64,000 bases of DNA, from positions 32,001 to 96,000 of the IMG/VR virus record IMGVR_UViG_3300005613_000006, one strand, 5' to 3'. Positions 21,501 to 29,852 of this stretch are shown in pieces. The DNA is from a virus. Numbering within the stretch: position 1 is the stretch's first letter; every line of letters starts with the position of its first letter. A program made the position numbers and the translations under genes. The notes beneath the pieces were generated by a model. That model did no database searches, was not told the DNA's origin, and was given only the letters and a program-made list of their open reading frames with translations.

Positions 21501-22435
21501 ACGATGAGAAACGGTTTTTCAACACTCTCACAGCCGCAGAGAAAGACCGCCTCAAACGTCGAACAGAGGCGGCTCGTCGAGCAGGTTTTAATACCGTAGA
21601 ATTGTTTGCTCGCGGGGGCGTTGTCCCAGGCATCGGTCATCAAGACATAGTTCCAGCTATGCTGACGCCAGGCGAATTGGTGATTCCAAAGAAGCAAGTA
21701 CAGCACATGGCCCAAGGTGGCATCGTACAGTATTTGCAGAATGGAGGGCCAAGCCGCACCACAACCACTACTTTTGACACAAACACTGGTATGCCTATTG
21801 AAGTAATGGCTAAGGTCGATTTGGAAACCAAGGTCGTCAAGCTAGAAGACAACACAGTAATGCTAGACGCTGGTAGCGCAGCCTCTATGGACGCGCTGGC
21901 CGCCGCTCTTGTAGCGTTTGGTCCGTCCAGCACAGCTTTGGCAACGGCGCTGGCCGGTTTTAACGCCGCCGGTCTTACCGAAGCCGTCACGGGATTCAAC
22001 ACTTCAGTTGGACAGTTGACAACCGCACTGGCTCCCCTGACCGCATTGCAAAACCTCAACCTACAACAACCCGTAGCTGAGTTTGGTGGATATGTGTCGG
22101 CGTTCGGCAACCAAGCCGGAGTCTTTGGTCTTCATGTTGGAACCTTTGGCACACAGGTCGCAGGATTTGGAACACAGGTTTCCAATATGCAAAATGCCTT
22201 CAACTCGTTCACCACGAACCTCGACCCATTGATTGGTCGCTTTGAGGAGGTTGTTGGGGGGTTCCCAGACACCGTGGCAGTTACAGTAACACACGGAGAC
22301 CTCAATGTGAACGTCTTTGGTTTGGATGGCTTGTCTGCCGACCTTGAAGACACTCTTGTAGGAGGCATTCAAGACCGCGTGATGGCAGCAGTCAAGGAAG
22401 AGTTTAGGAACTGGGGAACTGAAGGAGGAACGTAA
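12566..22435 (+). CDS. Tape measure protein, 3289 aa (TP901-type core, TM/glycine-zipper segments, five GG...DTVPAMLTPGEFV repeats)
   Basis: N-terminal TP901-family core (AIDFERQL..VAQVTG, NAVAGQFAVES.DI..AL.R.G, ESADSIATGFRTIFTRI); Ala/Gln-rich helical sequence; position. Confidence 0.92.
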   Translation: MAQQFNIVAQLSLRGPTNLAQVQRRIQAGLRNIRADVQVNIGRGAQRGLQRTNRQLRDVANTLALVTGNAQAAAAALTNVGAAYGAAAGGGAAAARGASQTAGAMSNVAGAAGAATSSMQEFGRISALAVRRFLAFSIPAGIVVGLIVNIRQGVKAAIDFERQLIKVAQVTGKTTGSLADLTGEVTRLATTFGVASADLLNVSRILAQTGLSAKDTEIALQALAKSDLAPTFDSIEQTAEGAIAAMRQFGIEAKDLEAALGSINAVAGQFAVESGDITSALRRTGGAFQAAGGEINELIALFTSVRATTRESADSIATGFRTIFTRIQRPRTIEFLRDLGIELQDLQGRFVGPFETVRRLNLALRELDPRDVRYSQIIEQLGGFRQVSKVIPLIQQFDTAQQALAVAIGGTNSLTEDAATAQQALAVQAAKVGEQFQALFRRITGSSTFQVIARSALQLASGFSKVLETLEPLLPLLTSLVGLKLAQVGTQFGLGFIGGLRNVGTAAAGVAAAGPGTQQAATQQQRQSTVTTANTTAISSNTTILTTLNTTLTTLTTAVNNLTQRIGGLGGGGVRRPARGGRIHKFARGGLVPGVGNGDTVSAQLEPGEFVIRKKAVESIGADQLAGMNRKAAGGRISIEGKPGTDYAGFFFRPVGKRDLKERARYNRTFANAPRVADIANQKMLELGFSGLKAVQPGGVIPVTGGPGKRKGPIDFKALGVTKKGMFQQLKARGAISPKQAESSWVPTAANFEGKTVNKQFFASVKAEGGAVVRGTGTGTSRVTTADVGSAEKIGRPVGMGISVGVRSRFKKVSDAYLVRFLQGFTTGRKPAMPKPLGGGALSVGKATEIMNKIGVESLQGGMFEGMIDAVAGGVQAGTGKGGFFDHVVPNMKNKRAVDSLFSDDKTIDRIKYADAKRTRTNQQISSLVKKAVNTFPTDRNSFNVLYDLPKRITDKNKGKPKRIELAKGGPTTDTVPAMLTPGEFVINKRSADAIGLNKLNQLNRADRSAAGGRIQGFADGGLVQRFQTGGQTQAAAQQGGSGQGLALLFAITAITSVASSLTEMDSELGKTINTLTQFALTIVTLSTVMSSITGLAGQGGLVGAIQRRSAAAAAAQQATGQQYQRAALPRDPGLGTYTSRVRGRGRPFEAERTARVAQPGEIPGQSPADRQAARQAAQAAAARAPVRTPREAGLAQAPTFGTAPRRTVDTGIALGEQAARQDRRRLTAGPGLRALGRGLRRAGAGLGRMATNANAMAGAASAATAALLIFGQMMQKQAVEAAKTAGIQNDVNALRKAEVKATKGWVLAKAGLGAGAGAAIGTLIAPGIGTAIGAALGGVTGGLIGALTDNTKEVRAAFRAGRVEQTTELLTDSLKRVLTDRATPGGAATAGIGQAIEAQMDAITEATLDGRREEADSIRKGLKGQLSQFEALRQKLIESSASVEELGRAGRGAGNILLRQIAFQTNRSFAELQRETAELIRQHQEAAAAAQQVSISLGVLADTAQATQIFAGAVSDLEQQTKRAADTAGIFAGLGAGRASVPDFKGILGARAFERAATGQITEQQDPQLRLAIRQLLGTGEAAQRLEGEVLAIAQLTRELPAVLRDLANAPQLGTEQDLTRQFSDAITEKFPQVGDELLVVMTDSLRQIQREGGPPALIRRIRADARKVGNELIGGRANFLKDLDKVQQSFNNVVKTISQLQSQVFDSEKRITDARIQGSKIALANEIALRKARQIEDPLPLDRRVGAIREQQAQRVAFTGLTGDQAQDPQALSRAIQGITAQILEARRRLFDASIQSPEGIQQAQVELGRLVNTSAVLRQALQNLATSTEEFAAVQDELSRLQSERQARQDFVVDYFGSTRQQQVEITRTLAQTFVAGTRNSFDTFTEQQRIAIIRFVKTLRQGERIAALQDRTSREFLRDVIGGTTFMSGAPIPPELSDLFVQQFDPSSEEEQLANTLERLAERQATANEELRKILGDNNNTLVNNLNSANAQQIADMASDRDQLVNGLNQSFGNFLQQFTQRQNQFTAARFEARITGVETAKTAAEKNLKAAELAQQFARNLGSDFAGLTESVNLMRDVARIFDDVSKAREQEQVQPRIREAIGKIVGDIEVAVKKGVTVQAEELDALFAGQAEALGPETDRMPLGAAGRSLQFEFLRELSEPFKRQLRDRLLAYQQAIEEPLTYWESVRAGLGGVGQGDIDISDIDRLRRQVGRGTKIGARFRLARRNAGVGDVRGAFAVNTIKVLEERARKSRASVQEDLAGVIDTETTKLQGNIFDWRKAIKDLGISVEQYDQLVRGDQIESIQKITEQLRGIDVSKLPDTVNSLQGELDKLAAALETFNEKVAAENKEAQQLNQQAVAPPAGVPVPRRAQGGPIFRRRGTDTVPAMLTPGEFIVNAAATRRNLPTLQSINRGVDYKAAGGLVQYLQDGGAAQDVQPVMADPNTGREVIQLLRQIAQNTSRPATRLATGGAVFKPRGTDTVPAMLTPGEFVVNRKATQQNRGLLEAINKGSNVVHAAGGGVVYAQAGGEIRLSSNIPTRGPIWEAYLEWVQRKYPDLFDDAQTPEDISRVARARNRPEFSEETIAAQRRGQKPQFTEQDVNELRRVSQLRDEFRQSTAYRVAVEEQKLANDKRREDRRAASGILPMEQRLKMLGRVPYAERQRRRYGVPLADRQRALIRRRWAEANARRQRLGKRPLPPPPQLRGQTEEDKKREEAARAPLQVKDVAGFQIRAINESRIREIARYTSLTGSNARDEDQKFIATLTGDEKAFGSYLWNKSRDARAKSVETVTDKLSRNEILTPQDNSLLDNLTRSERVGIEADAQRRRKRAKADALAAKPPGPLSDEELNFFRSLSPAQKDYVLQKRRAEYIGIATGDDVDARTVEIDRLARKALKSPDLLTETEREFINNLDEDSRKLGSALLRLERKQQVDRQLRIDQLALKLRSKIAAERDVAAGKDIGFDPSVLPDLTDDEKRFFNTLTAAEKDRLKRRTEAARRAGFNTVELFARGGVVPGIGHQDIVPAMLTPGELVIPKKQVQHMAQGGIVQYLQNGGPSRTTTTTFDTNTGMPIEVMAKVDLETKVVKLEDNTVMLDAGSAASMDALAAALVAFGPSSTALATALAGFNAAGLTEAVTGFNTSVGQLTTALAPLTALQNLNLQQPVAEFGGYVSAFGNQAGVFGLHVGTFGTQVAGFGTQVSNMQNAFNSFTTNLDPLIGRFEEVVGGFPDTVAVTVTHGDLNVNVFGLDGLSADLEDTLVGGIQDRVMAAVKEEFRNWGTEGGT

Positions 22436-23130
22436 TGGCTACGGACAACGATGGCATTACGCTATTTATGAACGGTTGGGCTCCGACCGTCAACACATAC
22501 ACAACGCTACATATCGTAGGCGCGTCCACGCCGGGCGCTGAGTTTATCGGAGAGAGCATCCCGCTCTATATCGACAGCCCCGGCACCTTTAATAGCAGGA
22601 CGCTCTACATCGAAGGACACGACCCCTTGGGGCCGTATCGCAACAACAGCATTACGCTTGTCATCAACTCCGAGCCCCCGATGGTGACGGATGCGATTCC
22701 GCTGTATACGACGGCTCCCGAGGGCACAGACGAGTGGCTGCGACTATCCATCAACGGGGAGGGTGAAAACGACGGCTTCTTTCCGATGGGCGAAGGAATC
22801 CCCTTATTCATCAATCGCGTGAATGAAACGCATGTGATGCCCCTCTTCCTCAAGGCGGCAGATGGCGTGGCCAACACGTATGCTCCGCTGTATGTATGCG
22901 GAGCCATACCAGACGACGACAATATCCCACTGGTGATAGAAGGTGCCCAGCCCATCAACACCTTTATCCCGCTGGTCTGCTGGAACGACCCAGTACCACT
23001 GAACACCTTCATGCCGCTGTTGATTTTGGGCGCGATAGGCATAGAGGTAGACTCAATTACACTGGCAATGCCGAACACGCATGGCACAGTGGACGAACCC
23101 AAAGTAATACTCTACACTGACGGACACTAA
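22435..23130 (+). CDS. Virion tail protein with short (I/M)PL(Y/F)I-x-G repeats
   Basis: More than ten ~14-20-aa repeats; start overlaps the tape measure stop. Confidence 0.55.
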   Translation: MATDNDGITLFMNGWAPTVNTYTTLHIVGASTPGAEFIGESIPLYIDSPGTFNSRTLYIEGHDPLGPYRNNSITLVINSEPPMVTDAIPLYTTAPEGTDEWLRLSINGEGENDGFFPMGEGIPLFINRVNETHVMPLFLKAADGVANTYAPLYVCGAIPDDDNIPLVIEGAQPINTFIPLVCWNDPVPLNTFMPLLILGAIGIEVDSITLAMPNTHGTVDEPKVILYTDGH

Positions 23131-23132
23131 TC

Positions 23133-25451
23133 ATGGCAGCAACCGGATATGGAACAGTCGTTTACAACGGCAAACGTATCATCCCTGGTCCGTATGTAAC
23201 GGCTACGAAAGAATACAACCGCACTGAAGACGGTAAGAAGACCAGTGCGAAGATTACATTTACTCTCAACGGCACCCTTGTCGCTTGCCGTGGTTCTGCC
23301 GGTACGTACACAGGCGGCGACTACCCCGCCGACGATACAGGCTGCTGCAAGTTCGAGGACATTCTGGTTAAACAGGACCAGCTTCGAGAACTCTTTGACA
23401 CCGACTATCAATACTTCGAGCTGCGTAGCTATGAAACCGACCCACCATTTGCCGCACATCGCTGGCGCGTTCGGGTTGAGAGTATTGAGTTTGAAGAAGG
23501 CCCGTGGGTTGACAAGTGCGACTATACGGTTGTGCTTACGCACCAGTTGGAAGAGGATGGGCCGGTGGACTTCACCGAAACCTGGACTCTGGAAACCAAC
23601 GACGACGACATCCCATGCACCTACAGGCTGACGCACGATGTCTCTGCTAAGTTTGACGAGTGGTGGAACAGCGTGGGTGGTGACACCGACCCAGGTTTTG
23701 AGCGAGCAATGGACTGGCTCAAGAATCACGTATCAGGATATGATGGCACAACCGGCATCAACAACAGCCGCGTATACGCCCCATCTGTCTACGGTTTTCA
23801 AGTCCCTGTCAGCTTTGATTCATACAACTACACACGCAGCGAGACCATTGACGAGACAGGCGGTTCTTACAGTCTGTCGGAGTCATGGATACTCAGCGAA
23901 GATGCCGCGAGACAAATCGAGAGTATCACGGTCACCAAGACCAGTGAAGAGAACAGGGTAACGGCCTCTGTTGAAGGTACGATTACGCCGCTCCGGCCCG
24001 CAAAGGATTGCGACTGTGAATCAACCGCCGCCGAAGCCCTGTATAACTCAAACGGATTGCCAAGCCAAGCCCTGGTCCGAGCCCAAACAGCCGTCAACTT
24101 CCTGGGTTATGTGGACGAGAACGGCGACCCGGTATCACTGGGCGACTGCATCAAATCCCAGACCACCACATTCAACGACGCCGATTGCAGTATCAGTTAC
24201 TCGTATGAGTTCAGCGATGCGGAGGACGTTGAAGAAACGGTCACGGTCACGGTCTCGAACGACCGGGAGAACTGTGAGAAACAGACAATTAGCGTGTCGG
24301 GCACCCTGCAAGGCTACGACTGTGTTGGTACAACCGCGTGGGAAAACGTCCTTGATAAATGGGCTACAGATTATGGCAGTGGGGCAAATGTCTATGATAT
24401 AGCCAATGCCTATTACAGCGGCACTGGTACATTAGGTACAACCCCAGTATCTACATCTATCACATACAATGAAAGCAACAACCAGCTATCGTTTGAGTAT
24501 GTGTATGACGACTGGCCAGACAACTTCACCCAAGACCTAACTGTAACCGTTGCATATTCTCAGGATGACTGTGGCATAGGAACAGTTACCGTAGAAGGTA
24601 CGTTGAAGGGCCTATGCGACGCCACTGAGGACGCATGGAAGAACGTGCAAGACCAATGGGCTTTGCTTGAGCCAACACTGCTGAGTATTGCTCAAAGCTA
24701 TGAGCCAGACGCCAATCAGTTGGTGCGAACGTCGGTTAGCTACAATGAGTTTGGCAAGACCATTTCGTTCTCTTATGAGTATAGCACGCGCCAAGAAGAT
24801 GCTATTGTGGAGTACACCACAGAGGTATCTGATGCCTTCGACACATGTTTGCAGACCGTCACAGTCTCGGGTAGCGTCAAGGGATACTGCACCGACCCGG
24901 ACGACCCCGACTCTGCCTACAATAACGCCGTCACGGTGTATAATACTGATGTAGCCCCGAACATTTTGACCTGGGCGAATGGTGCGTATACCGGCAGTGG
25001 CTCGCTGGATACGTTGCCCACACGACAGAGCAAGGGTGAGAACAGGCGAACGGGCACCATCACGTTCAGCTTCACATACAACGACCGCCCCGCCAAGTGT
25101 CTGACCGACGTACTAACCGAGTCCATCAACTGGCAGCATCAGCATCCAGGTGATATGTTCGCCATTGTGCCAGTGCTTGGGCGCACCAATGGTCCCATTC
25201 TACAGGACAAGGGCACGGTCAAGGAGATGCGCTCGACCCTGAGTATCGAGGCTACTGTGTGTCCCGTGGGTAGCTGTGACTTTATGACCAACCCAGCGGT
25301 GAAGACTGAAGTAGACGCGCTGGTGGCGTCGGCAGAGGCCAGTCTACAAGCATCGTATACAATAGTGTTCAAAGAGAGTGATTCGGAAGGCTGGAATCCT
25401 TCGACAGGACGATACAGCAGGACTATAACATGGGTGTATGGACAATGTTAG
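23133..25451 (+). CDS. Tail-tip/baseplate hub-like protein with ~95-aa internal repeats
   Basis: Repeated TV(S/E)G(T/S)(L/V)xG...SFxYxY(S/N)D units; downstream of the tape measure. Confidence 0.55.
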   Translation: MAATGYGTVVYNGKRIIPGPYVTATKEYNRTEDGKKTSAKITFTLNGTLVACRGSAGTYTGGDYPADDTGCCKFEDILVKQDQLRELFDTDYQYFELRSYETDPPFAAHRWRVRVESIEFEEGPWVDKCDYTVVLTHQLEEDGPVDFTETWTLETNDDDIPCTYRLTHDVSAKFDEWWNSVGGDTDPGFERAMDWLKNHVSGYDGTTGINNSRVYAPSVYGFQVPVSFDSYNYTRSETIDETGGSYSLSESWILSEDAARQIESITVTKTSEENRVTASVEGTITPLRPAKDCDCESTAAEALYNSNGLPSQALVRAQTAVNFLGYVDENGDPVSLGDCIKSQTTTFNDADCSISYSYEFSDAEDVEETVTVTVSNDRENCEKQTISVSGTLQGYDCVGTTAWENVLDKWATDYGSGANVYDIANAYYSGTGTLGTTPVSTSITYNESNNQLSFEYVYDDWPDNFTQDLTVTVAYSQDDCGIGTVTVEGTLKGLCDATEDAWKNVQDQWALLEPTLLSIAQSYEPDANQLVRTSVSYNEFGKTISFSYEYSTRQEDAIVEYTTEVSDAFDTCLQTVTVSGSVKGYCTDPDDPDSAYNNAVTVYNTDVAPNILTWANGAYTGSGSLDTLPTRQSKGENRRTGTITFSFTYNDRPAKCLTDVLTESINWQHQHPGDMFAIVPVLGRTNGPILQDKGTVKEMRSTLSIEATVCPVGSCDFMTNPAVKTEVDALVASAEASLQASYTIVFKESDSEGWNPSTGRYSRTITWVYGQC

Positions 25452-25460
25452 GAGTAAATT

Positions 25461-28400
25461 ATGTCGTGTTGCGACTATAATCAAATAGGACCATTCGTAC
25501 AGACTTTGTTTTGTGGAGCCAGCGTCGTCAGTTTTTCTGCTAATGTAGGATGGGACGGCACAGGGGGTTCGCTGTCTGTCGTTGTGGCAGAGGACGATTG
25601 CCCAGGCGAGAAGCTGTACTTCGACGGAGATGGTATTCCTCAAATCCATACTGGGGCAGACCGTTTCAACCCTCCTCCGATTGGTAGTCCTATCTTCTTT
25701 GCCTACGGCACTTTTACCTTTGCCGGTATTGTCAAAAGATGGAACGAAAAAGACAGCGCGACTGGAGCCCTCGAATATCAAATAGAGGTCATGGACCCAA
25801 CCACCATTCTGGACGCTGCAAAGGTTATCCTTAAAGCATACGATGGTCCCACTTATGGCGTGCCCAACTTGGAGAATGTGTTTGGTTGGATTGAATCCAC
25901 ATATCCTAACTGCTATCAAGATGGTGCATTATCTACCGGACCACCTCGCGGTTTCAATCGCAGTCTATTTGACTGGTATCCACCAGCCGAAGGTTATGGT
26001 ACTGCCGTTACCAACGACGCTGGCATTTTGTGGAATCAGGCGCGAGGGGCTCTGATTGACACGATAAACTCTTCGGTTTCCCATGTGTACGGAGGAAACT
26101 TGAAGTATCGAAGTTACAATTATCAGGTTGACCTAACAGACCTCCCTTATTTAGACTCCAATGCATTCATTGGTGGCGATAGTATGAGCGTGTCTGACAT
26201 TATTCGCTATGTTTGTGAATACGCTGGAGCCCAATGGTTTGCAGAACTCATTCCTGTGTCTGGTGGTATTCCAGCGCCTCCCGGCACCAACCCAGAGGAT
26301 GAACTAGCTGGCCATGTTCGTCCTACTGTAGACCTGTATATCAAAATACGTGTTTCATATCGCAAGTTTGCCGAGGCGGGCGCTTTGGCGGTAGACGTAA
26401 ACACTGGTTCTCCTATCAGCAATCGTTTGGGTGCTGGTGCTTTGGGCGGATACATCGGAGACCCACAGTCTGGATGCAAGAGTGGACAGACGCGCGGCTT
26501 GGAATTGGCCGAACGCATTACCAACTCTTTCATGGTAGGAGAGTTTCGGAAAGACCTATGGCAAATTTCCTATGATGGTTCTTGCGATGGTTTTACAGAT
26601 ACCATTTGGCCCTACTGGGGAACAGACCCCGATTCGGGCGAATTGGTTTTGGGTAAGCAGTGCGTGTCGGCAGATAATGACATTGATATTCAAGACGAAG
26701 ATGACGACCACTACTTTGACATCAACATAGATTCTTGGGCGATTGACGGCTTGATTGGTCAGGGGCCATATAGAGTTGCGACTGGAGAGTTGCGGGCTGT
26801 TAAGGATGGCTACGACACCTGGGTAGCATACTTAGCTGCATACAAGGTTGCCATTTTACAAGCACTCAAACTGTCTCCAGAAATTGCTTTGTATGGTCTT
26901 GTTGGCGCTGTGCAAGATTCCGTCAACTCAGGTAAGATTAAGCCAGAGGATTTACAGGGGCCAACCAAGCAGTTTGTTGAATGGGCCGAAGGCCAAAACA
27001 TGAAGAATAATGTATTGGTAGACGCAAACGCTAAGCGTTTGTATGACCATTTGAACACGTATGCACAACAGTATTATGGTCAGAAATACTTGGTGAAATT
27101 ACCTTCTCTATGTACACGCGCCAACCCAAATTCTCTTTGGACAATTCAAACCAACTGGGAGCAAACTGCCTCTGCTTGGTACGAAGGGGCCGTGTTGGGC
27201 CTCGCTGCTGGCAGCCCTGGTTGGAATTGGTTTCGCGACGACGAAGGCCGCATTAAGTGTGTCACACGATTTGCCACTGGCAAACCAATGGACATTAGTG
27301 GCATCGACCTTCCTAAGATATGGGGAGATAACCTGTTTAACATTTGGCTAGAGGCTAGCGAAGAAGGAATTGTGTGGGGGCCTGATGGTGAGCCTCGTAT
27401 GATTATCAGATTAGAAGGCGGTCCAGTGACGCTTATCAATCAAGAAGCAATACCAAATCACTGGAAAATGACCTTGCGTATAATCAACAAGTTCAAAGGT
27501 GACCAAGCTGACCCGCCAATGACTGAACAAGAGTTCCAAGAGCTAATTGACATGGAGGGTATGGACATCAATCAATATGGTCTCCATCCACAGCCCCTCA
27601 TTCCATTGGCGGCAGCCATACCACTACAAAGTTCTAAATTGTGTTACGGTCCTTGGGTCGCCGGAACAGACCCAGCAGTAGGTCCAAGTGGCGCTACGAT
27701 TGCATCGGCTGGTGAAACCGAATACCAACGAGACACTTCGTTTGCCCCGTGGACATTCAGCGGAACGTCTTTGATGAATCTTGCTGGCTACGCCGCCGTC
27801 AATGCGAAGCTGAGCAACTACTACGTTATCGAACAGGGCAACATCAATGTGCCTGGGTCTCCATTATATCGACTAGGAGATACCCTTGTCTTGGGAGGCC
27901 CTGAGATTACTCGTATTGGAGTTGATGTTGGACGAGGAGCTGGTCCTGTTATGACCAATATCCAAGTCAAGACGTTTACCCCCGACTTTGGCAAGCGTGG
28001 TCAGGCATTTGTTGACTCCTTAAAACGCATGGGTAAAGCTGCTACCGCTATTCAATCAGCTAATCGCAAAGCATTTGCAGAGCGTTACAAAGACATAATG
28101 GAGGTATTCCGATTCAAGCTAACCATGCGGTACAAGAGTACCCGCGATGACAACCAAAGTTCTATGCACTTCTTTGGCGGCGAAGCCTTGGATGACCCCG
28201 ACAACGAATACTACACCCGACAAACAATGGCCATAACTGACTTGCGCAAAATTCTGCCCAAGTTGGGTGTCACGACAGGCGGCGGGGGGCGATACAAAGA
28301 GAAGGCCCTGGTTGAGGGTATCGGCTTATTCAGACCAATTAGCACCAAGGCCAACGACGCTGAATGCGGCAAGATGTCCACCTATGACACCAGCCCAGAA

Positions 28401-29852
28401 AGCGGTACTGGTAGTGACCGATTGAACCTAAGTAAAACCACTACTCTGTTCTACAGTAAGGAACAGACGCCTCCAGTTATGTGCCACGAAGACCACATGC
28501 CCATCGTAACTGGTACGCTGAGTCCATTCTTGAGCCCAGGCGGTAAGTCCATCAACGACGTGACAATGGCTCATGCTGATAGCGTTGGCCACGATATTGA
28601 ATACATCGTTCGCGATGGTACATTCCCAGCCCACCTACATATTCGTGAGAATCAGGCAAAGGATGACTATTCTAGCGACCACTGGTACAGAACAGTGGCC
28701 TTGCGTGGCCCACTCGTTTTGTCCGGTTGGGGTTTTGACATCGACAACAAGCCAATTCCAAACGCGGCTGATGGTGGCTCTGAACAAGAGGGCGGTAATA
28801 AAAAGATGCGCTTCCTCAAGAACTGGTTGCGCAAACCTCATACTTGGAAAACCGGGCCGGTTGACCTACGTTGGGATGATGAACGAAAAGTATGGACATG
28901 TGAACGCCCACACAAGATTATCCGCGCGGAACTCTGTGAGAATCTTCCGGCGTGCGGCTGCACAACGGCTAGCATGTTTGGTGAAACCATACAGTTGGAC
29001 AAAGAGGGTACGCAGATTAACTCTACCTGTACATGCGCCAGCGGCCAAATGCCTATCGTTATTCACAACCACGGCCACGGCAATTACCTCAAAGGTCAGA
29101 AAGTAGTGGCATATTGGGACACCACGTTGGAAGGCTACATATTATTGAAGGCTGACAAGCTGACGCTCAAGATTGAGTTTACAGAAACTATGACTGATAG
29201 CACTTCTACACCAGGGAAGGCCAAGATTGTTGACGTGTACGGCGACGAAAATTTGACTTGTACTCCAGAATGTGCAAGCGTCATCAATCAGGAAGTATCA
29301 GTTAAGAACGACATGTCCCATCCAATTTGTATAGGGGCAGTCGCTTATGCAGAAATCATTGGGTGGGATACGAGCAGTATCAAGTTTGTATCTGGTTGGA
29401 ACTCTTTCAGTAAAACGTGTTCGACTGTTTGTTCAGTATATGACAAGCCCGTAGTCATTGTCAAGCAAGCCCGCTTTGCTTCCCTTACTGTTGTTACTGA
29501 CATCAACCTCGTTGAGACTAGTGAGATTGTTGACTACAAGACGGCGACAGCTACGCTTGACCTATCTGATTGCACGATTGAATGTGAGGGTTCCGATTCT
29601 GACTATGGCTGTGATTGTGAATGCACGTTGAATTGTAGCGACATTGAGGTTACGATTACCTACGAGGACGACGAGATGCAATACGAACTCTGTGTCTGCA
29701 AGCGTCAAATCTACTTGCAGTCTGCGTGGAGTGTACAGAAGTGTGCTAAGGTCGATGTCGATGGTGGTGCCCCGACATTCCCAGCCCAGCCTTGGGACTT
29801 GCAGTGTGATTCTGGCGACGTAGATGAGGACTGTGATGGAGGTGGCAGCTAA
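25461..29852 (+). CDS. Large tail-tip/central spike-like protein with a Cys-rich C-terminus, 1463 aa
   Basis: N-terminal hub-like motif (FCGASVVSFS...GW......L.V...ED); GPLVLSGWGFDID.KP.P and WKTGPVDLRWD motifs; position. Confidence 0.6.
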   Translation: MSCCDYNQIGPFVQTLFCGASVVSFSANVGWDGTGGSLSVVVAEDDCPGEKLYFDGDGIPQIHTGADRFNPPPIGSPIFFAYGTFTFAGIVKRWNEKDSATGALEYQIEVMDPTTILDAAKVILKAYDGPTYGVPNLENVFGWIESTYPNCYQDGALSTGPPRGFNRSLFDWYPPAEGYGTAVTNDAGILWNQARGALIDTINSSVSHVYGGNLKYRSYNYQVDLTDLPYLDSNAFIGGDSMSVSDIIRYVCEYAGAQWFAELIPVSGGIPAPPGTNPEDELAGHVRPTVDLYIKIRVSYRKFAEAGALAVDVNTGSPISNRLGAGALGGYIGDPQSGCKSGQTRGLELAERITNSFMVGEFRKDLWQISYDGSCDGFTDTIWPYWGTDPDSGELVLGKQCVSADNDIDIQDEDDDHYFDINIDSWAIDGLIGQGPYRVATGELRAVKDGYDTWVAYLAAYKVAILQALKLSPEIALYGLVGAVQDSVNSGKIKPEDLQGPTKQFVEWAEGQNMKNNVLVDANAKRLYDHLNTYAQQYYGQKYLVKLPSLCTRANPNSLWTIQTNWEQTASAWYEGAVLGLAAGSPGWNWFRDDEGRIKCVTRFATGKPMDISGIDLPKIWGDNLFNIWLEASEEGIVWGPDGEPRMIIRLEGGPVTLINQEAIPNHWKMTLRIINKFKGDQADPPMTEQEFQELIDMEGMDINQYGLHPQPLIPLAAAIPLQSSKLCYGPWVAGTDPAVGPSGATIASAGETEYQRDTSFAPWTFSGTSLMNLAGYAAVNAKLSNYYVIEQGNINVPGSPLYRLGDTLVLGGPEITRIGVDVGRGAGPVMTNIQVKTFTPDFGKRGQAFVDSLKRMGKAATAIQSANRKAFAERYKDIMEVFRFKLTMRYKSTRDDNQSSMHFFGGEALDDPDNEYYTRQTMAITDLRKILPKLGVTTGGGGRYKEKALVEGIGLFRPISTKANDAECGKMSTYDTSPESGTGSDRLNLSKTTTLFYSKEQTPPVMCHEDHMPIVTGTLSPFLSPGGKSINDVTMAHADSVGHDIEYIVRDGTFPAHLHIRENQAKDDYSSDHWYRTVALRGPLVLSGWGFDIDNKPIPNAADGGSEQEGGNKKMRFLKNWLRKPHTWKTGPVDLRWDDERKVWTCERPHKIIRAELCENLPACGCTTASMFGETIQLDKEGTQINSTCTCASGQMPIVIHNHGHGNYLKGQKVVAYWDTTLEGYILLKADKLTLKIEFTETMTDSTSTPGKAKIVDVYGDENLTCTPECASVINQEVSVKNDMSHPICIGAVAYAEIIGWDTSSIKFVSGWNSFSKTCSTVCSVYDKPVVIVKQARFASLTVVTDINLVETSEIVDYKTATATLDLSDCTIECEGSDSDYGCDCECTLNCSDIEVTITYEDDEMQYELCVCKRQIYLQSAWSVQKCAKVDVDGGAPTFPAQPWDLQCDSGDVDEDCDGGGS

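Noticed and set aside
12676-22372. Many antisense ORFs (up to 277 aa) within the tape measure gene
   Set aside because: Expected shadows of a long Ala-rich biased CDS; no recognisable motifs.
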